Below, piece after piece: positions 44,765 to 52,392 of a stretch of 64,000 bases of DNA (its first letter is position 1; each line of letters opens with the position of its first letter). The stretch is taken from contig JACREU010000081.1 in the NCBI GenBank assembly GCA_016212705.1, forward strand, positions 19,629-83,628, read 5' to 3'. The position numbers and the translations under genes were made by a program. This stretch comes from Deltaproteobacteria bacterium (GTDB lineage: Bacteria > Desulfobacterota > GWC2-55-46). The notes under the pieces were generated by a model. The model saw only the letters and a list, made by a program, of their open reading frames with translations. It made no database searches and was not told the DNA's origin.

Positions 44765-44965
44765 GTCCTGGCCGGACGGGCAAAATTCGTATCAAGCGCT
44801 ATCAGGGGTTTATTAAACCGAGAGATTCCCGGATAACACAGGCCCAGCGCCAAGCGGTCCTGGCCGGACGGGCAAAATTCGTATCAAGCGTTATCAGGGG
44901 TTTATTAAACCGAGAGATTCCCGGATAACATAGGCCCCGCGCCAAGCGGTCCTGGCCGGACGGGG
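44765..44965 (-). repeat. Tandem 92-bp direct repeat (2 full units plus a 17-bp partial third), reverse-oriented members of the ~90-bp family
   Basis: Units start at 44765, 44857 and 44949 (gtcctggccggacggg...). The two full units differ at only 4 positions (44798/44890, 44839/44931, 44845/44937, 44846/44938). The reverse complement matches the family termini (…tttgcccgtccggccaggac). Confidence 0.85.
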
Positions 44966-45053
44966 TACTCGGCGTCCGGCCAGATTCAAACTGGCGGCTC
45001 CGGGCTTCCGATTTTAATGCGGTCCGCCAGGATCTGCCCCTCCGGCGAGGAGG
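44966..45053 (+). repeat. Forward copy of the ~90-bp family, head-to-head with the tandem array
   Basis: tactcggcgtccggccagatt...ctgcccctccggcgaggagg. The junction forms an 11-bp inverted repeat: ctggccggacg (44951-44961) with cgtccggccag (44972-44982). Confidence 0.7.
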
Positions 45054-45059
45054 ATTTCA

Positions 45060-45089
45060 TTGACACGGAGGCGCTAAATTTGCAATAAT
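45060..45089 (+). promoter_or_regulatory. Sigma-70-type promoter of the GT2 gene
   Basis: TTGACA (45060-45065), an 18-nt spacer ending TGC, then AATAAT (45084-45089). Confidence 0.5.
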
Positions 45090-45122
45090 TTCAGGTGATG
45101 CTTGTTATACCTTAGGAGGGAC

Positions 45123-45890
45123 ATGCTCCACGGCAAAAAGGTGATAGTCGTCATGCCCGCGTATCACGCGGAAAAGACGCTCCTGATGACCTACAACGAC
45201 ATCCCGCACGACGTAGTCGACGACATCGTCCTCGTAGACGACTGTTCGAAGGACAATACCGTCGAGGTCGGCAAAAGGCTCGGGATAAAAAACATCGTGG
45301 TCCACAGAAAGAACCAGGGCTACGGCGGGAACCAGAAGACCTGCTACACCGAGGCCTTGAGGCTCGGTGCGGACATAGTCGTCATGGTCCATCCGGACTA
45401 CCAGTACGCGCCGAAGCTCATAACGGCGATGGCCTCGATGATAGCCTCGGGAGAGTACGACGTCGTTTTGGGCTCAAGGGTGCTCGGCACCGGGGCGTTG
45501 AAGGGCGGGATGCCGGTCTACAAGTACATCTCGAACAGGTTTCTCACGCTCGCCGAGAACCTGTTGCTCGGCGAGAAGATCTCCGAGTACCACACAGGCT
45601 ACAGGGCGTTCAGCAAGGAGGTATTAGAGAAACTCCCGCTCCTTGAGAACTCCAACGACTTCGTATTCGACAACCAGATGCTCGCGCAGGCGGCCTTCTT
45701 CGGCTTCCGCATAGGGGAGATGAGCTGTCCGACTAAATATTTTGAGGACGCCTCATCCATTAACTTCAAGAGGTCCGTCGTCTACGGGGTCGGGGTCCTG
45801 GGCACGGCCTTCAAATTCAAGCTCCAGAAGATGGGCCTCCGGAAGTATCCTATATTCGACGTGAACGGGAAAAGGCTGCCAAATCAGTGA
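45123..45890 (+). CDS. Family-2 glycosyltransferase (DPM1/GtrB/ArnC-like polyprenyl-phosphate sugar synthase type)
   Basis: ATG 45123 follows an AGGAGG RBS (the track ORF starts at TTG 45102). [32 protein letters not shown]. No TM segment. Confidence 0.82.
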   Translation: MLHGKKVIVVMPAYHAEKTLLMTYNDIPHDVVDDIVLVDDCSKDNTVEVGKRLGIKNIVVHRKNQGYGGNQKTCYTEALRLGADIVVMVHPDYQYAPKLITAMASMIASGEYDVVLGSRVLGTGALKGGMPVYKYISNRFLTLAENLLLGEKISEYHTGYRAFSKEVLEKLPLLENSNDFVFDNQMLAQAAFFGFRIGEMSCPTKYFEDASSINFKRSVVYGVGVLGTAFKFKLQKMGLRKYPIFDVNGKRLPNQ

Positions 45891-46393
45891 CAGCCGCCCC
45901 CGCCGCAACCCGAGTCGTCACAACCCCCGTTGCCAGCCCCGCCTAAATTCAACCCGCAGTCAGGGCATTCCCCGTAGCCTTCTATGAGGGCGGAGCCGCA
46001 CGCCGGGCACTGGCCAGAGGCGAGCCTCTCTTCAGCTTCTTTCAAGTCCGGGTACATCCTGTTAAACGCCTCATCGACCTTGAGCGCGGCGAACCGCGCA
46101 ATCGTTTCCGGCACGAAGAGCCCGAAGTCTCCTCCTCCGCACCCGGCCTTAGGGGCCTTCAGCACCTTTGTCTCGACCCCGTCCCTGTCGAGCGCGCTTG
46201 CCAGGACAGAGACCCTGTCGTAGTCGCCCTCGTAGATGCAGACGAGCGCCCCTTCGGCCCTGGGGACCGATTTGAGCCTCTTGAGCTCATCGGGCGTCAA
46301 GAGCTCGACGTCACAGCTCCGGCAGATTTTAATGTGCGCGTAGTATTCGGCGCCGCACCCTGGGCAGATCTTTATGTCGTCCATATCGGCCAT
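45884..46393 (-). CDS. Double zinc-ribbon protein with DUF2007-like core and Cys/Gly-rich tail
   Basis: 169 aa with CPGCGAEY...CRSC at the N-terminus and CPACGS...CPDCG near the C-terminus. The tail reads [19 protein letters not shown]. Its 3' end overlaps the convergent GT2 gene by 7 nt. Confidence 0.6.
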   Translation of the reverse strand: MADMDDIKICPGCGAEYYAHIKICRSCDVELLTPDELKRLKSVPRAEGALVCIYEGDYDRVSVLASALDRDGVETKVLKAPKAGCGGGDFGLFVPETIARFAALKVDEAFNRMYPDLKEAEERLASGQCPACGSALIEGYGECPDCGLNLGGAGNGGCDDSGCGGGGCH

Positions 46394-46487
46394 CCTTTCA
46401 AAATATTAGGGTACAGAGCCTTGATTATATCACAAACTCGTGGTACAAATAAACGGATTAACTTTTCGCAAAATGCCCGTCTATATT

Positions 46488-46579
<92 letters not shown>

Positions 46580-46737
46580 GTTTTACTTTCACCGAATTTG
46601 AAAGCGGTTGTCTCGGTGCTTCGTGCTGCGGCACGGTATTTCCCAGCAAGAATCCAAGCATTTTTGAGAAATTTTTGTCCGTCCTCGCTCCGCCTCCGCC
46701 GAATTTTGTATTTCGCTTTGCGAAATGCGCCGCCAAT

Positions 46738-46942
46738 ATGACAAGTGGAAAAACAATCAGCGAAAATATTAAGAAAAACCGGGCTAAACCTAGCCTGACT
46801 CAAGACGATTTAGCCAGAAAACTGATATTAAATATACAACGTTTACCAAAGTTGAAAGCGGTGTGTTAATAAGCCAAACGTTCAAACTATGGCGAAAATC
46901 GTCATAGCGTTAGGTGTTTCAATCGAAGAACTGATAAAATAA
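46738..46942 (+). pseudogene. XRE-family HTH regulator, disrupted by two frameshifts
   Basis: Three frames read in succession MTSGKTISENIKKNRAKPSLTQDDLARKL / YTTFTKVESGVLI / KPNVQTMAKIVIALGVSIEELIK*. Together they reconstruct a complete Cro/C1-type HTH protein. Confidence 0.6.
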
Positions 46943-46946
46943 CCCT

Positions 46947-47417
46947 ATGAATCTTCTTACAACAATCGTGGTTCTAGTAATTGGTGTTTTTCTTTGGTTG
47001 CTTATCTCGACAGTTTGGGCTTTTTTCAAGTATAAAAATAAAGAGAGAATGGACAAAAAGGAAATAGGCTCTTATCTTTCAGAGGGACTTACGCTAGCAA
47101 TAGCTATAGAAAAAGCATTTTCAAACTTAAACAAGTATCACAACCTCGGTCTGCAATCTTCTACAATTGAAAGGGTGAGCAACGGAATAGCAGAACTAGA
47201 AAAAATGATGGACGCCAGTAATACCGTAGAAATTTACTCGACTTTTGTGCATAGGTATATTTTTAGAGGTGGAAAAAATAAAAAACCGACAAATCTTTCT
47301 GACCAGAAAATAATTTATGCATTAGAAACCTTGAAGTTTGACTCACGAAACGGATATTTCGTAATTGGGCGAGATAGCGGTGAAGATTTTGATAAAAAAT
47401 ATCCTGATAAACAGTAA
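46947..47417 (+). CDS. Hypothetical single-pass membrane protein (AT-rich islet)
   Basis: 156 aa with an N-terminal TM (LLTTIVVLVIGVFLWLLISTVWAFF). AT-rich codon usage unlike the host genes. Confidence 0.5.
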   Translation: MNLLTTIVVLVIGVFLWLLISTVWAFFKYKNKERMDKKEIGSYLSEGLTLAIAIEKAFSNLNKYHNLGLQSSTIERVSNGIAELEKMMDASNTVEIYSTFVHRYIFRGGKNKKPTNLSDQKIIYALETLKFDSRNGYFVIGRDSGEDFDKKYPDKQ

Positions 47418-47426
47418 GGACAAAAT

Positions 47427-47924
47427 ATGTCAATGTTAATAACAATTCTTTTCATACTCTTTGCCATAATTAATGCTTTCTTGATTTTTAACATTCGTTC
47501 ACTGCGAAATTTATTAAAAAGATTATTTCTTGAAGAGGATAAAATAAAAAGTCGAGATTTAAAGATACTTTATAAATTAAGCAAAGACAATCCACTGGTT
47601 AGAGAATACATTACTTATAACGCACCGATTTTTATTTATCCTTTTGCCGCAAGGACAATGTCATCAATTGGAAGTTTAATACAGATTTTTTTGGTTCTGA
47701 TTTTCATATTTTCTATTTTTAAGTTTAATCTTATCTTTTTGACTTTGTCTGTTCTATTTTTCTTTCTTTCAGGATATACTGGATCAAGATTCAATAAAAA
47801 GGCAATGTTCAATGAGGCAGTTAAGAATTTTACCTCGAAAATACCGCCACACGATGGAAACTATTTTCATCAGATGTTATTTGATTTTCACGAAAGATAT
47901 TATCAGGAGTTAATAAAGCATTAG
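47427..47924 (+). CDS. Hypothetical polytopic membrane protein (AT-rich islet)
   Basis: 165 aa with three or four hydrophobic segments. It starts 9 nt after the previous ORF. Confidence 0.5.
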   Translation: MSMLITILFILFAIINAFLIFNIRSLRNLLKRLFLEEDKIKSRDLKILYKLSKDNPLVREYITYNAPIFIYPFAARTMSSIGSLIQIFLVLIFIFSIFKFNLIFLTLSVLFFFLSGYTGSRFNKKAMFNEAVKNFTSKIPPHDGNYFHQMLFDFHERYYQELIKH

Positions 47925-48018
47925 GAGTTGCCAAAGAAAAATCTGAAATCGTGGCGGTGCGCCAGTTTTACTGGCACGAAATTCGGTGGCGGCGGAAAAA
48001 AATGGAATCGGAAAGCGA

Positions 48019-48067
48019 GGGCGGGCAAAAATTCCTTCCCCCTAACCCCCTTCCTTTTTGCCCGCCC
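48019..48067. repeat. 13-bp perfect inverted repeat hairpin
   Basis: gggcgggcaaaaa (48019-48031) pairs with tttttgcccgccc (48055-48067). The loop ttccttccccctaacccccttcc is C-rich. Confidence 0.75.
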
Positions 48068-48245
48068 GAGCGATTGGATTCCAAAATTTGGAATTCGGAT
48101 TTTCGGCGAAAAATGTTCGAACTTCGTCCTAAAAGCCACCGCCAGTTAATGCCATAAGTGTAATAGAGATTCGAAACCGTCGAGGGCGGAGACGAAAGTC
48201 TTTTTAGTTTATAAAAACTCGTCTCTCGATTATAATGCGCGTGAG

Positions 48246-48680
48246 ATGCAAAAGCTCAATATCAGGATAAGGCTCCTTTCCCCAGGGGCCCGCGTGCCCT
48301 CGAAGTCCCACCACGGGGACGCGGGCTGGGACCTCTTTGCGTCAAGCGAGGTCACAGTCCTTCCGGGCGAGACCAGGGTCGTGCCCACGGGTGTTGCGAT
48401 GGAGATACCGGCGGGCTGGTACGGCCAGATAAAGGCCCGTAGCGGCCTCGGCTCAAAGGGCGTTGTCGTTACCGCCGGGGTCGTGGACAGCGGGTACAGG
48501 GGCGAGATAGGGGCAGTCGTCGTAAACACGAAGCGCGAGGGGGAGTTCGTTTTCAGGGCCGGAGACAAAGTCGCGCAGATGGTCTTCCTCCCTGTGCCGG
48601 AGGTCGAGTTCGAGTTGAGAGAGGAGCTGGATGCGACAGCGAGGGGCGCGGGCGGCTTCGGGTCGACGGGGCATAAGTAA
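48246..48680 (+). CDS. dut: dUTP diphosphatase
   Basis: 144 aa with GDAGWDL, ARSGLGSKG, GVVDSGYRGEI, AQMVF and RGAGGFGSTG motifs. Confidence 0.93.
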   Translation: MQKLNIRIRLLSPGARVPSKSHHGDAGWDLFASSEVTVLPGETRVVPTGVAMEIPAGWYGQIKARSGLGSKGVVVTAGVVDSGYRGEIGAVVVNTKREGEFVFRAGDKVAQMVFLPVPEVEFELREELDATARGAGGFGSTGHK

Positions 48681-48730
48681 CGGCGCAATAAAACCCTTGA
48701 CTGGGTACACTTAAATGTTAAAATCAATAG

Positions 48731-48756
48731 ACCCCCGCACTTTTCCGGGGGTTTTT
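48731..48756 (+). terminator. Hairpin plus T tract after dut
   Basis: acccccg-cacttttc-cgggggt followed by ttttt. A TTGACT-16-TAAAAT promoter-like element (48697-48724) lies just upstream of it. Confidence 0.5.
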
Positions 48757-48799
48757 AGTTATGCGTAAGGGGCTTCCTTTTCGTATAACCATCTTACAC

Positions 48800-48876
48800 G
48801 CGCCTGTGGCTCAGCTGGATAGAGCATCTGACTACGAATCAGAGGGTCGGGAGTTCGAATCTCTCCAGGCGCACCA
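48800..48876 (+). tRNA. tRNA-Arg (anticodon ACG)
   Basis: GCGCCTGTGGCTCAGCTGGATAGAGCA, anticodon stem TCTGA/TCAGA with loop CTACGAA (ACG), T-loop TTCGAAT, and CAGGCGC-A-CCA. Confidence 0.9.
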
Positions 48877-48886
48877 GTTAAATCAA

Positions 48887-48917
48887 GGGGTTAGCCGACA
48901 TCGGCTAACCCCTTTTT
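48887..48917 (+). terminator. Rho-independent terminator after tRNA-Arg
   Basis: ggggttagccga/tcggctaacccc stem followed by ttttt. Confidence 0.8.
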
Positions 48918-49198
48918 CTTTGGGCAGGCAAATGCTTCAAATTTGTAATTTGGGCAAACGTATATTGCAAAATTCTGATCAAGATGGTTAAAATAGAAAC
49001 ATCTTTGTATGGTTTTGAGCAAGTTCATGCATCAAAGCCAGGCAAGGAGGCGCTTCTAATCACAGATTGAAGACTCCCTATCGTCTGCTGAAGATGGAGA
49101 AAGAGAACGCAGTGAAGCGGCGGTAAGTGGCGCCGCGCTCGGCGCCGGTGTTCGATAAAACAGACCCGAAAAAACTATCAATATCCAGGGAGAGTCAT

Positions 49199-49918
49199 AT
49201 GCCGATCGATATCGAAGGTATTACCGATTTAAGCGAAAAGGGTGCGGTGAAAGACGGCGTGCGCCAATCGATGGACCGGCGTCTTTTCATTCAGCTCCTC
49301 GTTTTTGGCGGCTCTGTTGATTCCTCGGCGCTCATAGAGGCGTTGAAGGAAAGCGGCTTCTCCTCAGTCCTGTATGAAGACATAAACGACCCGCGAGGGG
49401 TCGCGCTCCTGACGATGAGCGAGGACCCCGGCTTCTTCGCTACGGGACTGCGCGGCCTTCTTGGCCGCCGGGAGTTTGCCTCCCTTGAGCTCAAGGGCGA
49501 ATACACCATGCTCGGACGCACATACGCGCTCGGGCATGAGGAGAAGCTCGAAGAGTGGCTCCTGCACCGCGCGAAAAAGGTGGTGACGAACCCGGAGTGG
49601 AAGTGGGCTGTCTGGTATCCGCTCCGCCGGAGCGGCGCCTTCGCCCTTCTGCCCCCTAAAGAGCAGGGGGAGATACTGATGGAGCACGGGATGATAGGCA
49701 GAGCCTTCGGAAAGGCCGACCTCGGCCACGACATACGCCTGTCGTGCTACGGCCTCGACAAGAACGACAACGACTTCGTCATCGGGCTCATCGGCAAGGA
49801 GCTCCACCCCTTGTCCGCGCTCGTGCAGACCATGCGAAAGACCAAGCAGACCTCGACATACATAGACCGCATGGGGCCGTTCTTCATAGGCAGGGCCGTC
49901 TGGCAGTCAGCCCCTTGA
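49199..49918 (+). CDS. Chlorite dismutase-family (Cld/ChdC-like) haem-binding protein
   Basis: ATG 49199 after a GGGAGAG RBS. The C-terminal pattern WAVWYPLRR...LPPKEQGEILMEHGMIGR...CYGLDKNDNDFVIGL...MRKTKQTSTYIDRMGPFFIG parallels Cld-like proteins. Confidence 0.7.
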   Translation: MPIDIEGITDLSEKGAVKDGVRQSMDRRLFIQLLVFGGSVDSSALIEALKESGFSSVLYEDINDPRGVALLTMSEDPGFFATGLRGLLGRREFASLELKGEYTMLGRTYALGHEEKLEEWLLHRAKKVVTNPEWKWAVWYPLRRSGAFALLPPKEQGEILMEHGMIGRAFGKADLGHDIRLSCYGLDKNDNDFVIGLIGKELHPLSALVQTMRKTKQTSTYIDRMGPFFIGRAVWQSAP

Positions 49919-50252
49919 CGCGGCCCGCCGTAAAAACGGCAATGGACGCGGGTAAAAAACGGCAAGGCAAGGGGCAGACGCGTATTGAATTTCAAGCCAG
50001 GCGCCGGAGTTTTTTTCAGCGATAATGTTTCAGTTCGCCGGCGCTTTCCAGATAGGAACACGTACTTTGGCACAGGTGCGCTCATAGGCTGATCCTGCTA
50101 ACCTTCCGGTCTTTGCATTGGGCAGGGCAGGCCCCCCTTTTTTTTTGTTTTATTACCTGATACTTCGTGCTATATAAGAGCAATTCCATATACTACGATA
50201 ATTATAGGGTTTTCTCTGTTGTACATTAAAACCTTAACCAAGGCAAAATGTC

Positions 50253-50666
50253 ATGAAGATGAGGATCGTCTATTCTGAAGTCATCGAGAGGATGAGGTGG
50301 GTAGGCAAGCACAAGAACAACTCCTCGGTTGCGCGGGTGCTGGGGGTAACGCCTCAGGCGCTTTCCAACTACAAGAAGAAAGACAAGATGCCGGTCTCCA
50401 TAGTGCTCAAATACTCCAAGCTCTACGGCCTTTCGCTCGACTGGCTCATAACCGGCAAGGGCGAGATATTCAACGCCAGGCCGATGGCGGCGGGAGAGGC
50501 GTATGAGGCGGCCCCCGGCTCGGTCAGGATGGACCTCAACTCCCTTTCCACCGATGAGATGGTCTACACTACCAAGCTCCTCCGGATATTCCGTGGTTCG
50601 GACACTCCGTTACTCAACTCGATGAAGTATCTGCTCAACTCCCTGTCTAAAAGAGAGGCCGAGTAA
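50253..50666 (+). CDS. Phage CI-repressor-like HTH protein
   Basis: 137 aa. NSSVARVLGVTPQALSNYKKKDKMPVSIVLKYSKLYGLSLDWLITGKGE is the CI-type N-terminal HTH pattern. Confidence 0.7.
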   Translation: MKMRIVYSEVIERMRWVGKHKNNSSVARVLGVTPQALSNYKKKDKMPVSIVLKYSKLYGLSLDWLITGKGEIFNARPMAAGEAYEAAPGSVRMDLNSLSTDEMVYTTKLLRIFRGSDTPLLNSMKYLLNSLSKREAE

Positions 50667-50770
50667 TCCCCCGGCTCAGTCGATGAACTTTGCAGTAAAG
50701 GTTTGTATTGACCGGTCCTCCCTGCCCGGCCCCGGCGGTTTTCATTTTAACGTTTTATCGGGCAAGGCAT

Positions 50771-50811
50771 AAAAAAGCGGGTGCGGCCTTAAGGCCGCAC
50801 CCGCTTTTTTT
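50771..50811. terminator. Bidirectional rho-independent terminator
   Basis: aaaaaa-gcgggtgcggcc-ttaa-ggccgcacccgc-ttttttt, between convergent HTH genes. Confidence 0.85.
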
Positions 50812-50943
50812 CATACACATCGTTCTGATTCAACCCCGTTCCAAAGTACATGGGAATTCATCTCAAGGCGTAATCAGGCAATCTCTCAACCCTGCCTTTT
50901 TTTGTGGTCCCCCCTACCCTTAACGCGTCCCCCACCGCCCTCT

Positions 50944-51348
50944 TTAGGCGGCGCTTCTCCTTGAGGCTCCGCGTCCGTTTGAGGCGCGCGCCTTGACGCC
51001 CGGCTTCCTGCTGACTTTCGTCCCGGACCACTGAGCGCGGAGGAACGCGTTAAGGAGCGCCATTATGGCCGTCCTCCCTTTTGTTGAGAGGCGGTTATAG
51101 CCGTGCAAAAGGATGTTGCCGTCCTTTGCGCTCTCCATTGACACGTTCGAGAAGAACGCGCATACCGGGACATTCATGGATTCGGCTATCTTGATCCATT
51201 CCCCGGTCGATATCGGGGCAACGCCCTTCTCCTTCTTCGTGTACTCGCTCGTCCCGCATCCTAAGGCCTCGGCCAAGGCGTCTTTCGTGAACCCCTTTTT
51301 CCTCCGCATCGTGGAGAGTTTTTTGAGGACTTCCTCCTGCATGTTCAT
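50944..51348 (-). CDS. XRE-family HTH transcriptional regulator
   Basis: 134 aa with a strong AAGGAGG RBS. HTH segment RRKKGFTKDALAEALGCGTSEYTKKEKG, and a basic Ser/Arg-rich tail. Confidence 0.65.
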   Translation of the reverse strand: MNMQEEVLKKLSTMRRKKGFTKDALAEALGCGTSEYTKKEKGVAPISTGEWIKIAESMNVPVCAFFSNVSMESAKDGNILLHGYNRLSTKGRTAIMALLNAFLRAQWSGTKVSRKPGVKARASNGRGASRRSAA

Positions 51349-51501
51349 CGTCTTCCTCCTTGATTGGTTGATGTATGATCGGCCCGAGGCTGTTATCAGG
51401 CTCGGGAATAATCCGTAAGTCTTATTTATCCGGTTCTCGCGCGGTCCGCCGGAAATTATCCCGCAGACCGATTTTTTAGAACTCGCCGCCCCCCGGCCCC
51501 C

Positions 51502-52323
51502 CTACGCCACCTGTTCGGCGGGTCTTTTGTAGCTCCTGTCCCTGAGGAAGGACCTGCCGAAAGAGGAGTTGGCGGCCTCTTTGAGGTTCCAGTTCATTGG
51601 GAGCGCGCACATGTCTATCTTTTCGCAGTAGACCGGCTCTCCGGTAAAGAGGGAGCCGACCCTGGTAAAGAGCTTGAGCGTCTGCGGCATCTGGAAGTCC
51701 ATCGGCTTTTCCCCGTCGCACTCAACGTAGCCGTGATCGGTAAGCGGGAACCTGAAGCCCCTTACCTTCCCGATGCCGGGTCTCTTCGGCTGTACGGCGA
51801 CGCGCTTGTCGAGCATGCCGTTATGTCTTATGTGGTCGTATATGAGATACGCGTCCGAGAGCTTGTCGGTCTCCGGGTTGACGTTTGTGACGAGGTCGGT
51901 TATCCCCCGTCCGACCGCGAACTCTATGAGCGCCTTCCAGAGATAGAATATCGTCTTGGTGGATTTGAACCTCTCTTTCACGCATGACCTCGATATCTCG
52001 GCTATGCGCATGTTCGCCGACGTGTAGCCCTTTATGTCGAAGAGCTCCTCTATGGGGAGCCCGAAGTAAGAACGTTCTCTCAGCGCGTTTTCCTTATTAG
52101 GCATGATGAGCCTTACCGCGCCGGCGATCTCCCCGTTAAAAAGGGCAAGGAACTGGTGTGTCGTCTCCAGAGAGTCGTAGCCGTCGGACTCAAGCCCCGC
52201 GCCGTTCTCCATCTGGATGTATCCCGTCTCCTTTATGAAGACGTCGTACCTTACCTTGTAGCAGAGCTCTTTCTGTTCCGGTGTCTGCGCCCTTACGACC
52301 TGGATGCCCGTTTCCATCTCCAC
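51502..52323 (-). CDS. Autoinducer-synthase-fold GNAT, N-acyl amino-acid synthase / OlsB-like
   Basis: 273 aa with a GGAGGTG RBS. N-terminal AQTPEQKELCYKVRYDVFIKETGY, central IAEISRSCV, and C-terminal MPQTLKLFTRVGSLFTGEPVYCEKIDMCALPM all match the pattern of this GNAT subgroup. The assignment is by motif recall, not by search. Confidence 0.6.
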   Translation of the reverse strand: MEMETGIQVVRAQTPEQKELCYKVRYDVFIKETGYIQMENGAGLESDGYDSLETTHQFLALFNGEIAGAVRLIMPNKENALRERSYFGLPIEELFDIKGYTSANMRIAEISRSCVKERFKSTKTIFYLWKALIEFAVGRGITDLVTNVNPETDKLSDAYLIYDHIRHNGMLDKRVAVQPKRPGIGKVRGFRFPLTDHGYVECDGEKPMDFQMPQTLKLFTRVGSLFTGEPVYCEKIDMCALPMNWNLKEAANSSFGRSFLRDRSYKRPAEQVA

Positions 52324-52392
52324 CTCCGTTTAAGAGGAACGCCTTCCGAAACGGAGCGACAGGGAAAGGGTCGGAACATCCGTCTCAGCGGT

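Noticed and set aside
44671-44928. An 85-aa ORF spanning the 92-bp tandem repeats.
   Set aside because: Its reading frame is generated by the repeat itself (QGFIKPRDSRIT appears twice). It has no RBS and lies in a divergent promoter region.
44765-44965. A possible CRISPR array, suggested by the regular direct repeats.
   Set aside because: The repeats are 92 bp long and contiguous with no unique spacers. No cas genes are present. The units belong to the dispersed ~90-bp family.
47928-48157. Three overlapping 68-73-aa ORFs between the islet and dut.
   Set aside because: They lie in a spacer dominated by inverted repeats (the 48019-48067 hairpin and the attccaaaatttggaat palindrome). They are mutually exclusive frames with no RBS.
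50076-50092. A TGGCAC motif upstream of the CI-like gene as a possible sigma-54 promoter.
   Set aside because: The downstream element is gcgc, offset by one nt from the required GG-N10-GC spacing, and it has no TTGC. The match is weaker than the candidate at 59582-59597.
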